A stretch of DNA of 61,688 nt, filler included, from Nemertoderma westbladi (Eukaryota; Animalia; Xenacoelomorpha): NCBI GenBank assembly GCA_032718475.1. It is 3 parts of 3 records of this genome, joined end to end, with 100 filler letters (N's around TTAATTAATTAA, not from the genome) between each part and the next. Parts side by side here need not be neighbours in the genome. Positions count along the whole stretch, not along the records: positions 1 to 16,956 come from JAUCBJ010006636.1; 2 more parts are not named here. One strand, written 5' to 3'. Shown piece after piece: positions 1-13,655 of the stretch. A model generated the notes under the pieces. The model searched no databases and was not told the origin of the DNA. It was given only the letters and a program-made list of their open reading frames with translations. The translations under genes were made by a program, and so were the position numbers. Positions within the stretch are counted from its first letter, which is position 1. The number at the start of each line of letters is the position of its first letter.

Positions 1-3000
1 GATACAATAATGTGTTAGAATAGATAAATATTTAGTTGGGAGTATCATTGATCCAACATTGGGTAGGTAGATACAATAATGTGTTAGAATAGAAAGATTT
101 TAGTTGGGAGTATCATTGATCCAACATTGGGTAGGTAGATACAATAATGTGTTAGAATAGAAAGATTTTAGTTGGGAGTATCATTGATCCAACATTGGGT
201 AGGTAGATACAATAATGTGTTAGAATAGATAAATATTTAGTTGGGAGTATCATTGATCCAACATTGGGTAGGTGGATACAATAATGTGTTAGAATAGATA
301 AATATTTAGTTGGGAGTATCATTGATCCAACATTGGGTAGGTAGATACAATAATGTGTTAGAATAGAAAGATTTTAGTTGGGAGTATCATTGATCCAACA
401 TTGGGTAGGTAGATACAATAATGTGTTAGAATAGATAAATATTTAGTTGGGAGTATCATTGATCCAACATTGGGTAGGTAGATACAATAATGTGTTAGAA
501 TAGAAAGATTTTAGTTGGGAGTATCATTGATCCAACATTGGGTAGGTAGATACAATAATGTGTTAGAATAGAAAGATTTTAGTTGGGAGTATCATTGATC
601 CAACATTGGGTAGGTAGATACAATAATGTGTTAGAATAGAAAGATTTTAGTTGGGAGTATCATTGATCCAACATTGGGTAGGTAGATACAATAATGTGTT
701 AGAATAGATAAATATTTAGTTGGGAGTATCATTGATCCAACATTGGGTAGGTAGATACAATAATGTGTTAGAATAGAAGTATTTTAGTTGGGAGTATCAT
801 TGATCCAACATTGGGTAGGTAGATACAATAATGTGTTAGAATAGAAAGATTTTAGTTGGGAGTATCATTGATCCAACATTGGGTAGGTAGATACAATAAT
901 GTGTTAGAATAGAAGTATTTTAGTTGGGAGTATCATTGATCCAACATTGGGTGGGTAGATACAATAATGTGTTAGAATAGATAAATATTTAGTTGGGAGT
1001 ATCATTGATCCAACACTGGGTAGGTAGATACAATAATGTGTTAGAATAGAAAGATTTTAGTTGGGAGTATCATTGATCCAACATTGGGTAGGTAGATACA
1101 ATAATGTGTTAGAATAGAAGTATTTTAGTTGGGAGTATCATTGATCCAACATTGGGTGGGTAGATACAATAATGTGTTAGAATAGATAAATATTTAGTTG
1201 GGAGTATCATTGATCCAACATTGGGTAGGTAGATACAATAATGTGTTAGAATAGAAAGATTTTAGTTGGGAGTATCATTGATCCAACATTGGGTAGGTAG
1301 ATACAATAATGTGTTAGAATAGAAAGTATTTTAGTTGGGAGTATCATTGATCCAACATTGGGTGGGTAGATACAATAATGTGTTAGAATAGATAAATATT
1401 TAGTTGGGAGTATCATTGATCCAACATTGGGTAGGTAGATACAATAATGTGTTAGAATAGATAAATATTTAGTTGGGAGTATCATTGATCCAACATTGGG
1501 TAGGTAGATACAATAATGTGTTAGAATAGAAAGATTTTAGTTGGGAGTATCATTGATCCAACATTGGGTAGGTAGATACAATAATGTGTTAGAATAGAAA
1601 GATTTTAGTTGGGAGTATCATTGATCCAACATTGGGTAGGTAGATACAATAATGTGTTAGAATAGATAAATATTTAGTTGGGAGTATCATTGATCCAACA
1701 TTGGGTAGGTAGATACAATAATGTGTTAGAATAGAAAGATTTTAGTTGGGAGTATCATTGATCCAACATTGGGTAGGTAGATACAATAATGTGTTAGAAT
1801 AGATAAATATTTAGTTGGGAGTATCATTGATCCAACATTGGGTAGGTAGATACAATAATGTGTTAGAATAGAAAGATTTTAGTTGGGAGTATCATTGATC
1901 CAACATTGGGTAGGTAGATACAATAATGTGTTAGAATAGAAAGATTTTAGTTGGGAGTATCATTGATCCAACATTGGGTAGGTAGATACAATAATGTGTT
2001 AGAATAGAAAGATTTTAGTTGGGAGTATCATTGATCCAACATTGGGTAGGTAGATACAATAATGTGTTAGAATAGATAAGTATTTTAGTTGGGAGTATCA
2101 TTGATCCAACATTGGGTAGGTAGATACAATAATGTGTTAGAATAGAAAGATTTTAGTTGGGAGTATCATTGATCCAACATTGGGTAGGTAGATACAATAA
2201 TGTGTTAGAATAGAAAGATTTTAGTTGGGAGTATCATTGATCCAACATTGGGTAGGTAGATACAATAATGTGTTAGAATAGATAAATATTTAGTTGGGAG
2301 TATCATTGATCCAACATTGGGTAGGTAGATACAATAATGTGTTAGAATAGATAAGTATTTTAGTTGGGAGTATCATTGATCCAACATTGGGTAGGTAGAT
2401 ACAATAATGTGTTAGAATAGAAAGATTTTAGTTGGGAGTATCATTGATCCAACATTGGGTAGGTAGATACAATAATGTGTTAGAATAGATAAATATTTAG
2501 TTGGGAGTATCATTGATCCAACATTGGGTAGGTAGATACAATAATGTGTTAGAATAGAAAGATTTTAGTTGGGAGTATCATTGATCCAACATTGGGTAGG
2601 TAGATACAATAATGTGTTAGAATAGAAAGATTTTAGTTGGGAGTATCATTGATCCAACATTGGGTAGGTAGATACAATAATGTGTTAGAATAGAAAGTAT
2701 TTTAGTTGGGAGTATCATTGATCCAACATTGGGTAGGTAGATACAATAATGTGTTAGAATAGATAAATATTTAGTTGGGAGTATCATTGATCCAACATTG
2801 GGTAGGTAGATACAATAATGTGTTAGAATAGAAAGATTTTAGTTGGGAGTATCATTGATCCAACATTGGGTAGGTAGATACAATAATGTGTTAGAATAGA
2901 TAAATATTTAGTTGGGAGTATCATTGATCCAACATTGGGTAGGTAGATACAATAATGTGTTAGAATAGAAAGATTTTAGTTGGGAGTATCATTGATCCAA

Positions 3001-6000
3001 CATTGGGTAGGTAGATACAATAATGTGTTAGAATAGATAAGATTTTAGTTGGGAGTATCATTGATCCAACATTGGGTAGGTAGATACAATAATGTGTTAG
3101 AATAGATAAATATTTAGTTGGGAGTATCATTGATCCAACATTGGGTAGGTAGATACAATAATGTGTTAGAATAGATAAGATATTTAGTTGGGAGTATCAT
3201 TGATCCAACATTGGGTAGGTAGATACAATAATGTGTTAGAATAGAAAGATTTTAGTTGGGAGTATCATTGATCCAACATTGGGTAGGTAGATACAATAAT
3301 GTGTTAGAATAGAAAGATTTTAGTTGGGAGTATCATTGATCCAACATTGGGTAGGTAGATACAATAATGTGTTAGAATAGATAAATATTTAGTTGGGAGT
3401 ATCATTGATCCAACATTGGGTAGGTAGATACAATAATGTGTTAGAATAGAAAGATTTTAGTTGGGAGTATCATTGATCCAACATTGGGTAGGTAGATACA
3501 ATAATGTGTTAGAATAGATAAATATTTAGTTGGGAGTATCATTGATCCAACATTGGGTAGGTAGATACAATAATGTGTTAGAATAGATAAATATTTAGTT
3601 GGGAGTATCATTGATCCAACATTGGGTAGGTAGATACAATAATGTGTTAGAATAGATAAATATTTAGTTGGGAGTATCATTGATCCAACATTGGGTAGGT
3701 AGATACAATAATGTGTTAGAATAGATAAATATTTAGTTGGGAGTATCATTGATCCAACATTGGGTAGGTAGATACAATAATGTGTTAGAATAGATAAATA
3801 TTTAGTTGGGAGTATCATTGATCCAACATTGGGTAGGTAGATACAATAATGTGTTAGAATAGAAAGATTTTAGTTGGGAGTATCATTGATCCAACATTGG
3901 GTAGGTAGATACAATAATGTGTTAGAATAGATAAATATTTAGTTGGGAGTATCATTGATCCAACATTGGGTAGGTAGATACAATAATGTGTTAGAATAGA
4001 TAAGATTTTAGTTGGGAGTATCATTGATCCAACATTGGGTAGGTAGATACAATAATGTGTTAGAATAGATAAATATTTAGTTGGGAGTATCATTGATCCA
4101 ACATTGGGTAGGTAGATACAATAATGTGTTAGAATAGATAAATATTTAGTTGGGAGTATCATTGATCCAACATTGGGTAGGTAGATACAATAATGTGTTA
4201 GAATAGATAAATATTTAGTTGGGAGTATCATTGATCCAACATTGGGTAGGTAGATACAATAATGTGTTAGAATAGATAAATATTTAGTTGGGAGTATCAT
4301 TGATCCAACATTGGGTAGGTAGATACAATAATGTGTTAGAATAGATAAATATTTAGTTGGGAGTATCATTGATCCAACATTGGGTAGGTAGATACAATAA
4401 TGTGTTAGAATAGATAAATATTTAGTTGGGAGTATCATTGATCCAACATTGGGTAGGTAGATACAATAATGTGTTAGAATAGATAAATATTTAGTTGGGA
4501 GTATCATTGATCCAACATTGGGTAGGTAGATACAATAATGTGTTAGAATAGAAAGATTTTAGTTGGGAGTATCATTGATCCAACATTGGGTAGGTAGATA
4601 CAATAATGTGTTAGAATAGATAAATATTTAGTTGGGAGTATCATTGATCCAACATTGGGTAGGTAGATACAATAATGTGTTAGAATAGATAAATATTTAG
4701 TTGGGAGTATCATTGATCCAACATTGGGTAGGTAGATACAATAATGTGTTAGAATAGATAAATATTTAGTTGGGAGTATCATTGATCCAACATTGGGTAG
4801 GTAGATACAATAATGTGTTAGAATAGATAAATATTTAGTTGGGAGTATCATTGATCCAACATTGGGTAGGTAGATACAATAATGTGTTAGAATAGATAAA
4901 TATTTAGTTGGGAGTATCATTGATCCAACATTGGGTAGGTAGATACAATAATGTGTTAGAATAGATAAGATATTTAGTTGGGAGTATCATTGATCCAACA
5001 TTGGGTAGGTAGATACAATAATGTGTTAGAATAGATAAATATTTAGTTGGGAGTATCATTGATCCAACATTGGGTAGGTAGATACAATAATGTGTTAGAA
5101 TAGAAAGATTTTAGTTGGGAGTATCATTGATCCAACATTGGGTAGGTAGATACAATAATGTGTTAGAATAGATAAATATTTAGTTGGGAGTATCATTGAT
5201 CCAACATTGGGTAGGTAGATACAATAATGTGTTAGAATAGATAAATATTTAGTTGGGAGTATCATTGATCCAACATTGGGTAGGTAGATACAATAATGTG
5301 TTAGAATAGATAAATATTTAGTTGGGAGTATCATTGATCCAACATTGGGTAGGTAGATACAATAATGTGTTAGAATAGATAAATATTTAGTTGGGAGTAT
5401 CATTGATCCAACATTGGGTAGGTAGATACAATAATGTGTTAGAATAGATAAATATTTAGTTGGGAGTATCATTGATCCAACATTGGGTAGGTAGATACAA
5501 TAATGTGTTAGAATAGATAAATATTTAGTTGGGAGTATCATTGATCCAACATTGGGTAGGTAGATACAATAATGTGTTAGAATAGATAAATATTTAGTTG
5601 GGAGTATCATTGATCCAACATTGGGTAGGTAGATACAATAATGTGTTAGAATAGAAAGATTTTAGTTGGGAGTATCATTGATCCAACATTGGGTAGGTAG
5701 ATACAATAATGTGTTAGAATAGATAAATATTTAGTTGGGAGTATCATTGATCCAACATTGGGTAGGTAGATACAATAATGTGTTAGAATAGATAAATATT
5801 TAGTTGGGAGTATCATTGATCCAACATTGGGTAGGTAGATACAATAATGTGTTAGAATAGAAAGATTTTAGTTGGGAGTATCATTGATCCAACATTGGGT
5901 AGGTAGATACAATAATGTGTTAGAATAGAAAGATTTTAGTTGGGAGTATCATTGATCCAACATTGGGTAGGTAGATACAATAATGTGTTAGAATAGATAA

Positions 6001-9000
6001 ATATTTAGTTGGGAGTATCATTGATCCAACATTGGGTAGGTAGATACAATAATGTGTTAGAATAGATAAATATTTAGTTGGGAGTATCATTGATCCAACA
6101 TTGGGTAGGTAGATACAATAATGTGTTAGAATAGATAAGATATTTAGTTGGGAGTATCATTGATCCAACATTGGGTAGGTAGATACAATAATGTGTTAGA
6201 ATAGATAAATATTTAGTTGGGAGTATCATTGATCCAACATTGGGTAGGTAGATACAATAATGTGTTAGAATAGATAAATATTTAGTTGGGAGTATCATTG
6301 ATCCAACATTGGGTAGGTAGATACAATAATGTGTTAGAATAGAAAGATTTTAGTTGGGAGTATCATTGATCCAACATTGGGTAGGTAGATACAATAATGT
6401 GTTAGAATAGATAAATATTTAGTTGGGAGTATCATTGATCCAACATTGGGTAGGTAGATACAATAATGTGTTAGAATAGATAAATATTTAGTTGGGAGTA
6501 TCATTGATCCAACATTGGGTAGGTAGATACAATAATGTGTTAGAATAGAAAGATTTTAGTTGGGAGTATCATTGATCCAACATTGGGTAGGTAGATACAA
6601 TAATGTGTTAGAATAGATAAATATTTAGTTGGGAGTATCATTGATCCAACATTGGGTAGGTAGATACAATAATGTGTTAGAATAGATAGATTTTAGTTGG
6701 GAGTATCATTGATCCAACATTGGGTAGGTAGATACAATAATGTGTTAGAATAGAAAGATTTTAGTTGGGAGTATCATTGATCCAACATTGGGTAGGTAGA
6801 TACAATAATGTGTTAGAATAGATAAATATTTAGTTGGGAGTATCATTGATCCAACATTGGGTAGGTAGATACAATAATGTGTTAGAATAGAAAGATTTTA
6901 GTTGGGAGTATCATTGATCCAACATTGGGTAGGTAGATACAATAATGTGTTAGAATAGAAAGATTTTAGTTGGGAGTATCATTGATCCAACATTGGGTAG
7001 GTAGATACAATAATGTGTTAGAATAGAAAGTATTTTAGTTGGGAGTATCATTGATCCAACATTGGGTAGGTAGATACAATAATGTGTTAGAATAGATAAA
7101 TATTTAGTTGGGAGTATCATTGATCCAACATTGGGTAGGTAGATACAATAATGTGTTAGAATAGAAAGATTTTAGTTGGGAGTATCATTGATCCAACATT
7201 GGGTAGGTAGATACAATAATGTGTTAGAATAGATAAATATTTAGTTGGGAGTATCATTGATCCAACATTGGGTAGGTAGATACAATAATGTGTTAGAATA
7301 GATAAGATATTTAGTTGGGAGTATCATTGATCCAACATTGGGTAGGTAGATACAATAATGTGTTAGAATAGAAAGATTTTAGTTGGGAGTATCATTGATC
7401 CAACATTGGGTGGGTAGATACAATAATGTGTTAGAATAGATAAATATTTAGTTGGGAGTATCATTGATCCAACATTGGGTAGGTAGATACAATAATGTGT
7501 TAGAATAGAAAGATTTTAGTTGGGAGTATCATTGATCCAACATTGGGTAGGTAGATACAATAATGTGTTAGAATAGAAAGATTTTAGTTGGGAGTATCAT
7601 TGATCCAACATTGGGTAGGTAGATACAATAATGTGTTAGAATAGAAAGATTTTAGTTGGGAGTATCATTGATCCAACATTGGGTAGGTAGATACAATAAT
7701 GTGTTAGAATAGATAAATATTTAGTTGGGAGTATCATTGATCCAACATTGGGTAGGTAGATACAATAATGTGTTAGAATAGAAAGATTTTAGTTGGGAGT
7801 ATCATTGATCCAACATTGGGTAGGTAGATACAATAATGTGTTAGAATAGATAAATATTTAGTTGGGAGTATCATTGATCCAACATTGGGTAGGTAGATAC
7901 AATAATGTGTTAGAATAGATAAATATTTAGTTGGGAGTATCATTGATCCAACATTGGGTAGGTAGATACAATAATGTGTTAGAATAGAAGTATTTTAGTT
8001 GGGAGTATCATTGATCCAACATTGGGTAGGTAGATACAATAATGTGTTAGAATAGATAAATAATATTTAGTTGGGAGTATCATTGATCCAACATTGGGTA
8101 GGTAGATACAATAATGTGTTAGAATAGATAAATATTTAGTTGGGAGTATCATTGATCCAACATTGGGTAGGTAGATACAATAATGTGTTAGAATAGATAA
8201 ATATTTAGTTGGGAGTATCATTGATCCAACATTGGGTAGGTAGATACAATAATGTGTTAGAATAGAAAGATTTTAGTTGGGAGTATCATTGATCCAACAT
8301 TGGGTAGGTAGATACAATAATGTGTTAGAATAGATAAATATTTAGTTGGGAGTATCATTGATCCAACATTGGGTAGGTAGATACAATAATGTGTTAGAAT
8401 AGAAAGATTTTAGTTGGGAGTATCATTGATCCAACATTGGGTAGGTAGATACAATAATGTGTTAGAATAGATAAATATTTAGTTGGGAGTATCATTGATC
8501 CAACATTGGGTAGGTAGATACAATAATGTGTTAGAATAGATAAATATTTAGTTGGGAGTATCATTGATCCAACATTGGGTAGGTAGATACAATAATGTGT
8601 TAGAATAGATAAATATTTAGTTGGGAGTATCATTGATCCAACATTGGGTGGGTAGATACAATAATGTGTTAGAATAGATAAATATTTAGTTGGGAGTATC
8701 ATTGATCCAACATTGGGTAGGTAGATACAATAATGTGTTAGAATAGATAAATATTTAGTTGGGAGTATCATTGATCCAACATTGGGTGGGTAGATACAAT
8801 AATGTGTTAGAATAGATAAATATTTAGTTGGGAGCATCATTGATCCAACATTGGGTAGGTAGATACAATAATGTGTTAGAATAGATAAATATTTAGTTGG
8901 GAGTATCATTGATCCAACATTGGGTAGGTAGATACAATAATGTGTTAGAATAGAAAGATTTTAGTTGGGAGTATCATTGATCCAACATTGGGTAGGTAGA

Positions 9001-9905
9001 TACAATAATGTGTTAGAATAGATAAATATTTAGTTGGGAGTATCATTGATCCAACATTGGGTGGGTAGATACAATAATGTGTTAGAATAGATAAATATTT
9101 AGTTGGGAGTATCATTGATCCAACATTGGGTAGGTAGATACAATAATGTGTTAGAATAGAACGATTTTAGTTGGGAGTATCATTGATCCAACATTGGGTA
9201 GGTAGATACAATAATGTGTTAGAATAGAAAGATTTTAGTTGGGAGTATCATTGATCCAACATTGGGTAGGTAGATACAATAATGTGTTAGAATAGAAAGA
9301 TTTTAGTTGGGAGTATCATTGATCCAACATTGGGTAGGTAGATACAATAATGTGTTAGAATAGATAAATATTTAGTTGGGAGTATCATTGATCCAACATT
9401 GGGTAGGTAGATACAATAATGTGTTAGAATAGATAAATATTTAGTTGGGAGTATCATTGATCCAACATTGGGTAGGTAGATACAATAATGTGTTAGAATA
9501 GAAAGATTTTAGTTGGGAGTATCATTGATCCAACATTGGGTAGGTAGATACAATAATGTGTTAGAATAGATAAATATTTAGTTGGGAGTATCATTGATCC
9601 AACATTGGGTAGGTAGATACAATAATGTGTTAGAATAGATAAATATTTAGTTGGGAGTATCATTGGTCCAACATTGGGTAGGTAGATACAATAATGTGTT
9701 AGAATAGAAAGATTTTAGTTGGGAGTATCATTGATCCAACATTGGGTAGGTAGATTCAATAATGTGTTAGAATAGATAAATATTTAGTTGGGAGTATCAT
9801 TGATCCAACATTGGGTAGGTAGATACAATAATGTGTTAGAATAGATAAATATTTAGTTGGGAGTATCATTGATCCAACATTGGGTAGGTAGATACAATAA
9901 TGTGT
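1..9905. repeat. Tandem satellite, 68/69-bp monomer, ~144 copies, truncated by the window start
   Basis: Monomer GATACAATAATGTGTTAGAATAGATAAATATTTAGTTGGGAGTATCATTGATCCAACATTGGGTAGGTA (69 bp, 1-69) alternates irregularly with a 68-bp variant (...AGAAAGATTTTAG..., 70-137). Array ends abruptly at 9905. Confidence 0.99.
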
Positions 9906-10083
9906 CCCTGAAATATCCCAAAAATATCCCTGAATACATTCTGTAATGTAAGTCATGAAATTCAAATACATGGATTTATGCGTAATTACGGATTATTTCA
10001 GCTGTTAATTGCCAACATAATTCGACACAACGCAATAAACATAAAATATAAAAAATATAAATAATTAAATAAATTAATCTCAC

Positions 10084-10198
10084 CATTTCCATTCCAGATT
10101 CCTTCTCGTGAACTAAATCTCGAACCAGCGAAACAATAAAAAATAAATACCCGAACAGAAGAATAAGTGGAAGAATAAAAGGTAACATCTCAACGAAT
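10084..10198 (-). CDS. ABCA-subfamily ABC transporter, internal exon (TM helix plus EKE motif)
   Basis: TTTAG| acceptor and |GTGAG donor. Encodes FVEMLPFILPLILLFGYLFFIVSLVRDLVHEKESGMEM, resembling ABCA1 ...[30 protein letters not shown]. Confidence 0.85.
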
Positions 10199-10418
10199 CT
10201 AAAACATTTTAACAAATATTTAGTGATTTAATAAATAATAATAATAAATAGACAATGTAAAACAATTACAAGTCTATCATAATCATGTTTTTTGTGGATA
10301 AATAATAAATAGATCATTAAATCTCACTACAGTATATTAAATTCGTCAATTTTAAATCGCAGATTAAAGAGTTAATCTCACCCATTAGTTTACAAACTAG
10401 TCTAGTTTACAAACTCAC

Positions 10419-10583
10419 CCGTCACTATGACTACATGGGTGCTCGAACTGACTCGTGTAGGCGCTAGAGGGCGTACTATTGGGTGCTGAATGTAGCCGTA
10501 TGATGGCGGTATCTACAACATCTTGAATCCAACTCAGGGTGAGGTGTTGTTTGATATCGTAGCCGCTTTTACTTGTCAGTATT
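10419..10583 (-). CDS. ABCA-subfamily ABC transporter, internal exon (end of extracellular domain 1)
   Basis: TTTATAG| acceptor and |GTGAGT donor, 165 bp, phase 2/2. Encodes ...SWIQDVVDTAIIRLH...YTSQFEHPCSHSDG, resembling ABCA1 YLQDVVEQAIIR...YMQQMPYPCYVDD. Splices in frame (GG|A) to the 10084-10198 exon. Not in the ORF track. Confidence 0.85.
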
Positions 10584-11048
10584 CTATAAAGTGGAACAAT
10601 ATTATTGTTTAATTATGAATGTAAATATTGGTGCGCAAGTAGATGTAAAGTGGGTCTAAATTACATTAAGAAATTGATAATTAAATATGGTGCAGCCAGT
10701 ATAAGTATTATTATATTTTATTTCGTGTAGTCCCCCCACCCACCCATAAGTTAAATGTTTGAATGTTTAGTAATATTTTATTTTATTGATTTAGCAAATA
10801 TCCCATTATTATTTAATAGTTTTATTTCGTTTGATTGTCATATGTATTAGAATGAACCATATAAGAGTGAATTTAATTTTACCATTAAGTCAGAATATTC
10901 ATGTTCAGTCTTTGTCAATTTTAAATTAAATTTTATAGACTTTAGACTTACAACCGTCAGTGTTGTTTGTGGGGCGAGCCACGAAGTGAGTGAGACCTGG
11001 TTGTTTTCAGTTTTCTCCTCGACCATATTTTCACTGGTATCGAGTGTT

Positions 11049-11050
<2 letters not shown>

Positions 11051-11131
<81 letters not shown>

Positions 11132-11141
11132 TAATAATGAT
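11051..11141. repeat. (TAA)n microsatellite
   Basis: Long pure TAA run with a few TGA units at the end; explains the poly-N/I/L ORFs. Confidence 0.98.
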
Positions 11142-12371
11142 GGACATACATACATACAAACTGAGCAGATTTATATATATTAGATTTCTCTCCAACATTA
11201 ATGTTGGTGACGATATTTTTTGTTCACAACAATAATAATTACTGTATTTTATAATGTGTTAGTGCATATCCAAGTGCCAAGCAGTAGTCTTGATTGAAGT
11301 CTGTGGTTGTTAATTTGCTGTTGTGCAGTCGTGTGCGTGTGCAGTGCAGTCAAACAGTTGCTTGTGAACCTACTGCTGTACTGCAGTATGCAGTAGGCCA
11401 TGGACTTCTAGAATATAAATTTATACCAGGACTGGAAACTGTTTATTTGGAAATACCAGTTGAGGCCTACTTTCTGATTTTTGCTAGCAGTTATTTATTT
11501 TAGGAATCATCATATCTAAACCGCTACCCTTTGAGATTTTCTAAACGGATTTTAATAATTTATGTTGCATTAGATGCGCAGTTTTCTCTGCTTTATTTAT
11601 GTATATAAAATAGCCTTATATCTGTTAATATAATAATAATAATAAAATAATTTATATTGCGCCAAATTTACATAGGAATACTCTAAGGCGCTGAAACAAC
11701 AGTATCATTCACATTACGTACCTAGTCAAACAACTTTAAAATAGCTAGTAATACAACAAAATTTTTTTTATTTATATTATTAGAAATTTTATCTACCAAA
11801 TTGGATATTTTTTAAATTTACTAGCTATTTTAAAATTAAAAAAAAACTACCTGTATGTTTTAGAACATTATATTTTTTATTTTATTTATGTTCTAGAAAA
11901 GTATATAATACTTTTCTATTGTTCTAGAACTCTTCAATGTTGCCATAGTAACAATGACATAAGATTTAAAAATGCAGCTCTATACCGGAACTTTAGCCAA
12001 AAAATAATATTTAGAATTTTGAAAAATAGCTATTTTTTTATTGAAATGTTCTAGAACAAAAAATATTTGTTCTAGAACAAAGTTTTTTTTAGTTAAATAG
12101 CTAACACATTCTAGAACATTTAAAACAAGTAGCAAAAACTAGCTAGTATACAAAATTTGGCATGGTAGGTATAGGTACTGTACGTATAGGTACTTATACA
12201 ATAAATACAGTAGCTAATTATTATTGAAGTCGGATATTATTGTTGCTTTTTTGTCTACTAATTTACTTCATCATGTCATGTTGTTCATTTATATGGAATG
12301 TATAAAAGATCAAACAATAATAATTGAATTAAGCAAACGTCTTACTACTCTTACTCTTACTATGTACATAT

Positions 12372-13208
12372 GTGGCTTATATCAATGATTTTCCATTGTC
12401 AACAGCTTGCAAACTCCCTGCAATATGCCCCCCTCCATCAACAGTTGCCACTGCCATGACTCACAATGTAATTACAGGTGACATTGACCCTTCTCCAACT
12501 CCAATGTATGCTGATGATACAAACATCCTCGCAACAGGGACAGACCCAAACCACATCTCGATAAATCTAACAAACAAACTGAAAAATATCTCAAACTGGG
12601 CCATAAACAACAGACTCAGCATACACCCAGATAAATTTGAGGTCATAATTTTTGGGACCCGTCAGCGTCTCTCACATGTAGACAACTTCACAGTGGAGCA
12701 TAATGGTGTGTAGGTGTCACTGCCTGTCTCAGGCACGGTTAACTACCTGGGTTGCCCACTGGATCCAACCCTGTCCGGCAAAGTTGCAGCTCGCAAAGCC
12801 AGCCGGAAGGGGAACTCGATTCTTCGTTTCCTCTATAGAAACTCGGCTACACTCCGGACTGAACAGATTCGAAGACTTCTTTGCAACTCGCTTATACAAC
12901 CTCAGCTCGATATTGGATCCCCTTCGTGGTACTTTGGCGCTTCCTCCCAACTACGAAAACAGATCGAGGCGTTGCAGCGTAAATGTATACGTTTCTGTTT
13001 CTCACGCCAACCCCGTTCTCACATAGGCGTTCCAGACTTTGTCTCCATAAACTGGCTTCCCCTCCGTGAGCGCGTACACCAAATAATCCTCTCTACTATG
13101 TACCGCATTTACACTGGGACAGCACCAACCTACCTCCAGGAACTTGTATCCTTTATCCAATCACGGTCTCGCTTGAGGAGTGACATTGGACCATTTTATT
13201 TTCAGTAA
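12372..13208 (+). mobile_element. 5'-truncated non-LTR retrotransposon RT fragment (CR1/L2-like), inactivated
   Basis: YINDFP...MYADD, YLGCPLD and NWLPLRER...APTYL motifs. Two ORFs in one frame split by TAG at 12711-12713. Confidence 0.85.
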
Positions 13209-13380
13209 CATATTTCAATATTTTATATAAATATACAATACAGTACAACCAGATGCTTAATGAACAATTAATATCACTTTTTGGTTCGGTGAGGTTCCAT
13301 CGTGGTGGAACCTCACATAATCCACTTATTACCTGCATTAATAATCACCAACTTTTATTCATCACATTAACGTTGTTTTA

Positions 13381-13655
13381 TCTATCATATATTTTTAAAT
13401 CTTTAATTACAATACCAACTTTCATTCGTTGTTTTATCATATATTTTTAAATTTTCAATTACAGCACCAACTATGTTCTATCATATATTTTTAAATCTTT
13501 AATTACAACACCAACTTTCATTCGTTGTTTTATCATATATTTTTAAATTTTCAATTACAGCACCAACTATGTTCTATCATATATTTTTAAATCTTTAATT
13601 ACAACACCAACTTTCATTCGTTGTTTTATCATATATTTTCTATATTTTTAATTAA
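13381..13655. repeat. 96-bp tandem repeat (~2.8 copies) with two related sub-units
   Basis: TCTATCATAT recurs at 13381, 13477 and 13573. Confidence 0.85.

Noticed and set aside
1-9905. CRISPR-like array, or minus-strand 23-aa repeat proteins (MILPTKYLS...)
   Set aside because: No unique spacers, no cas genes, eukaryotic context. The ORFs are runs of 69-bp units broken by every 68-bp unit.
10847-11235. Poly-L/N/I ORFs and a candidate further ABCA exon ending at a GTAAGT donor (~10951)
   Set aside because: The homopolymers come from the (TAA)n run. The candidate exon's open frame is phase 0, incompatible with the phase-2 acceptor at 10583, and shows no ABCA similarity I can recognise.
11880-12120. 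Clustered TTCTAGAA as heat-shock elements and an RFX X-box
   Set aside because: The same motif is scattered through unrelated AT-rich repeats in the window and lies far from a defined TSS; not supportable as regulatory.
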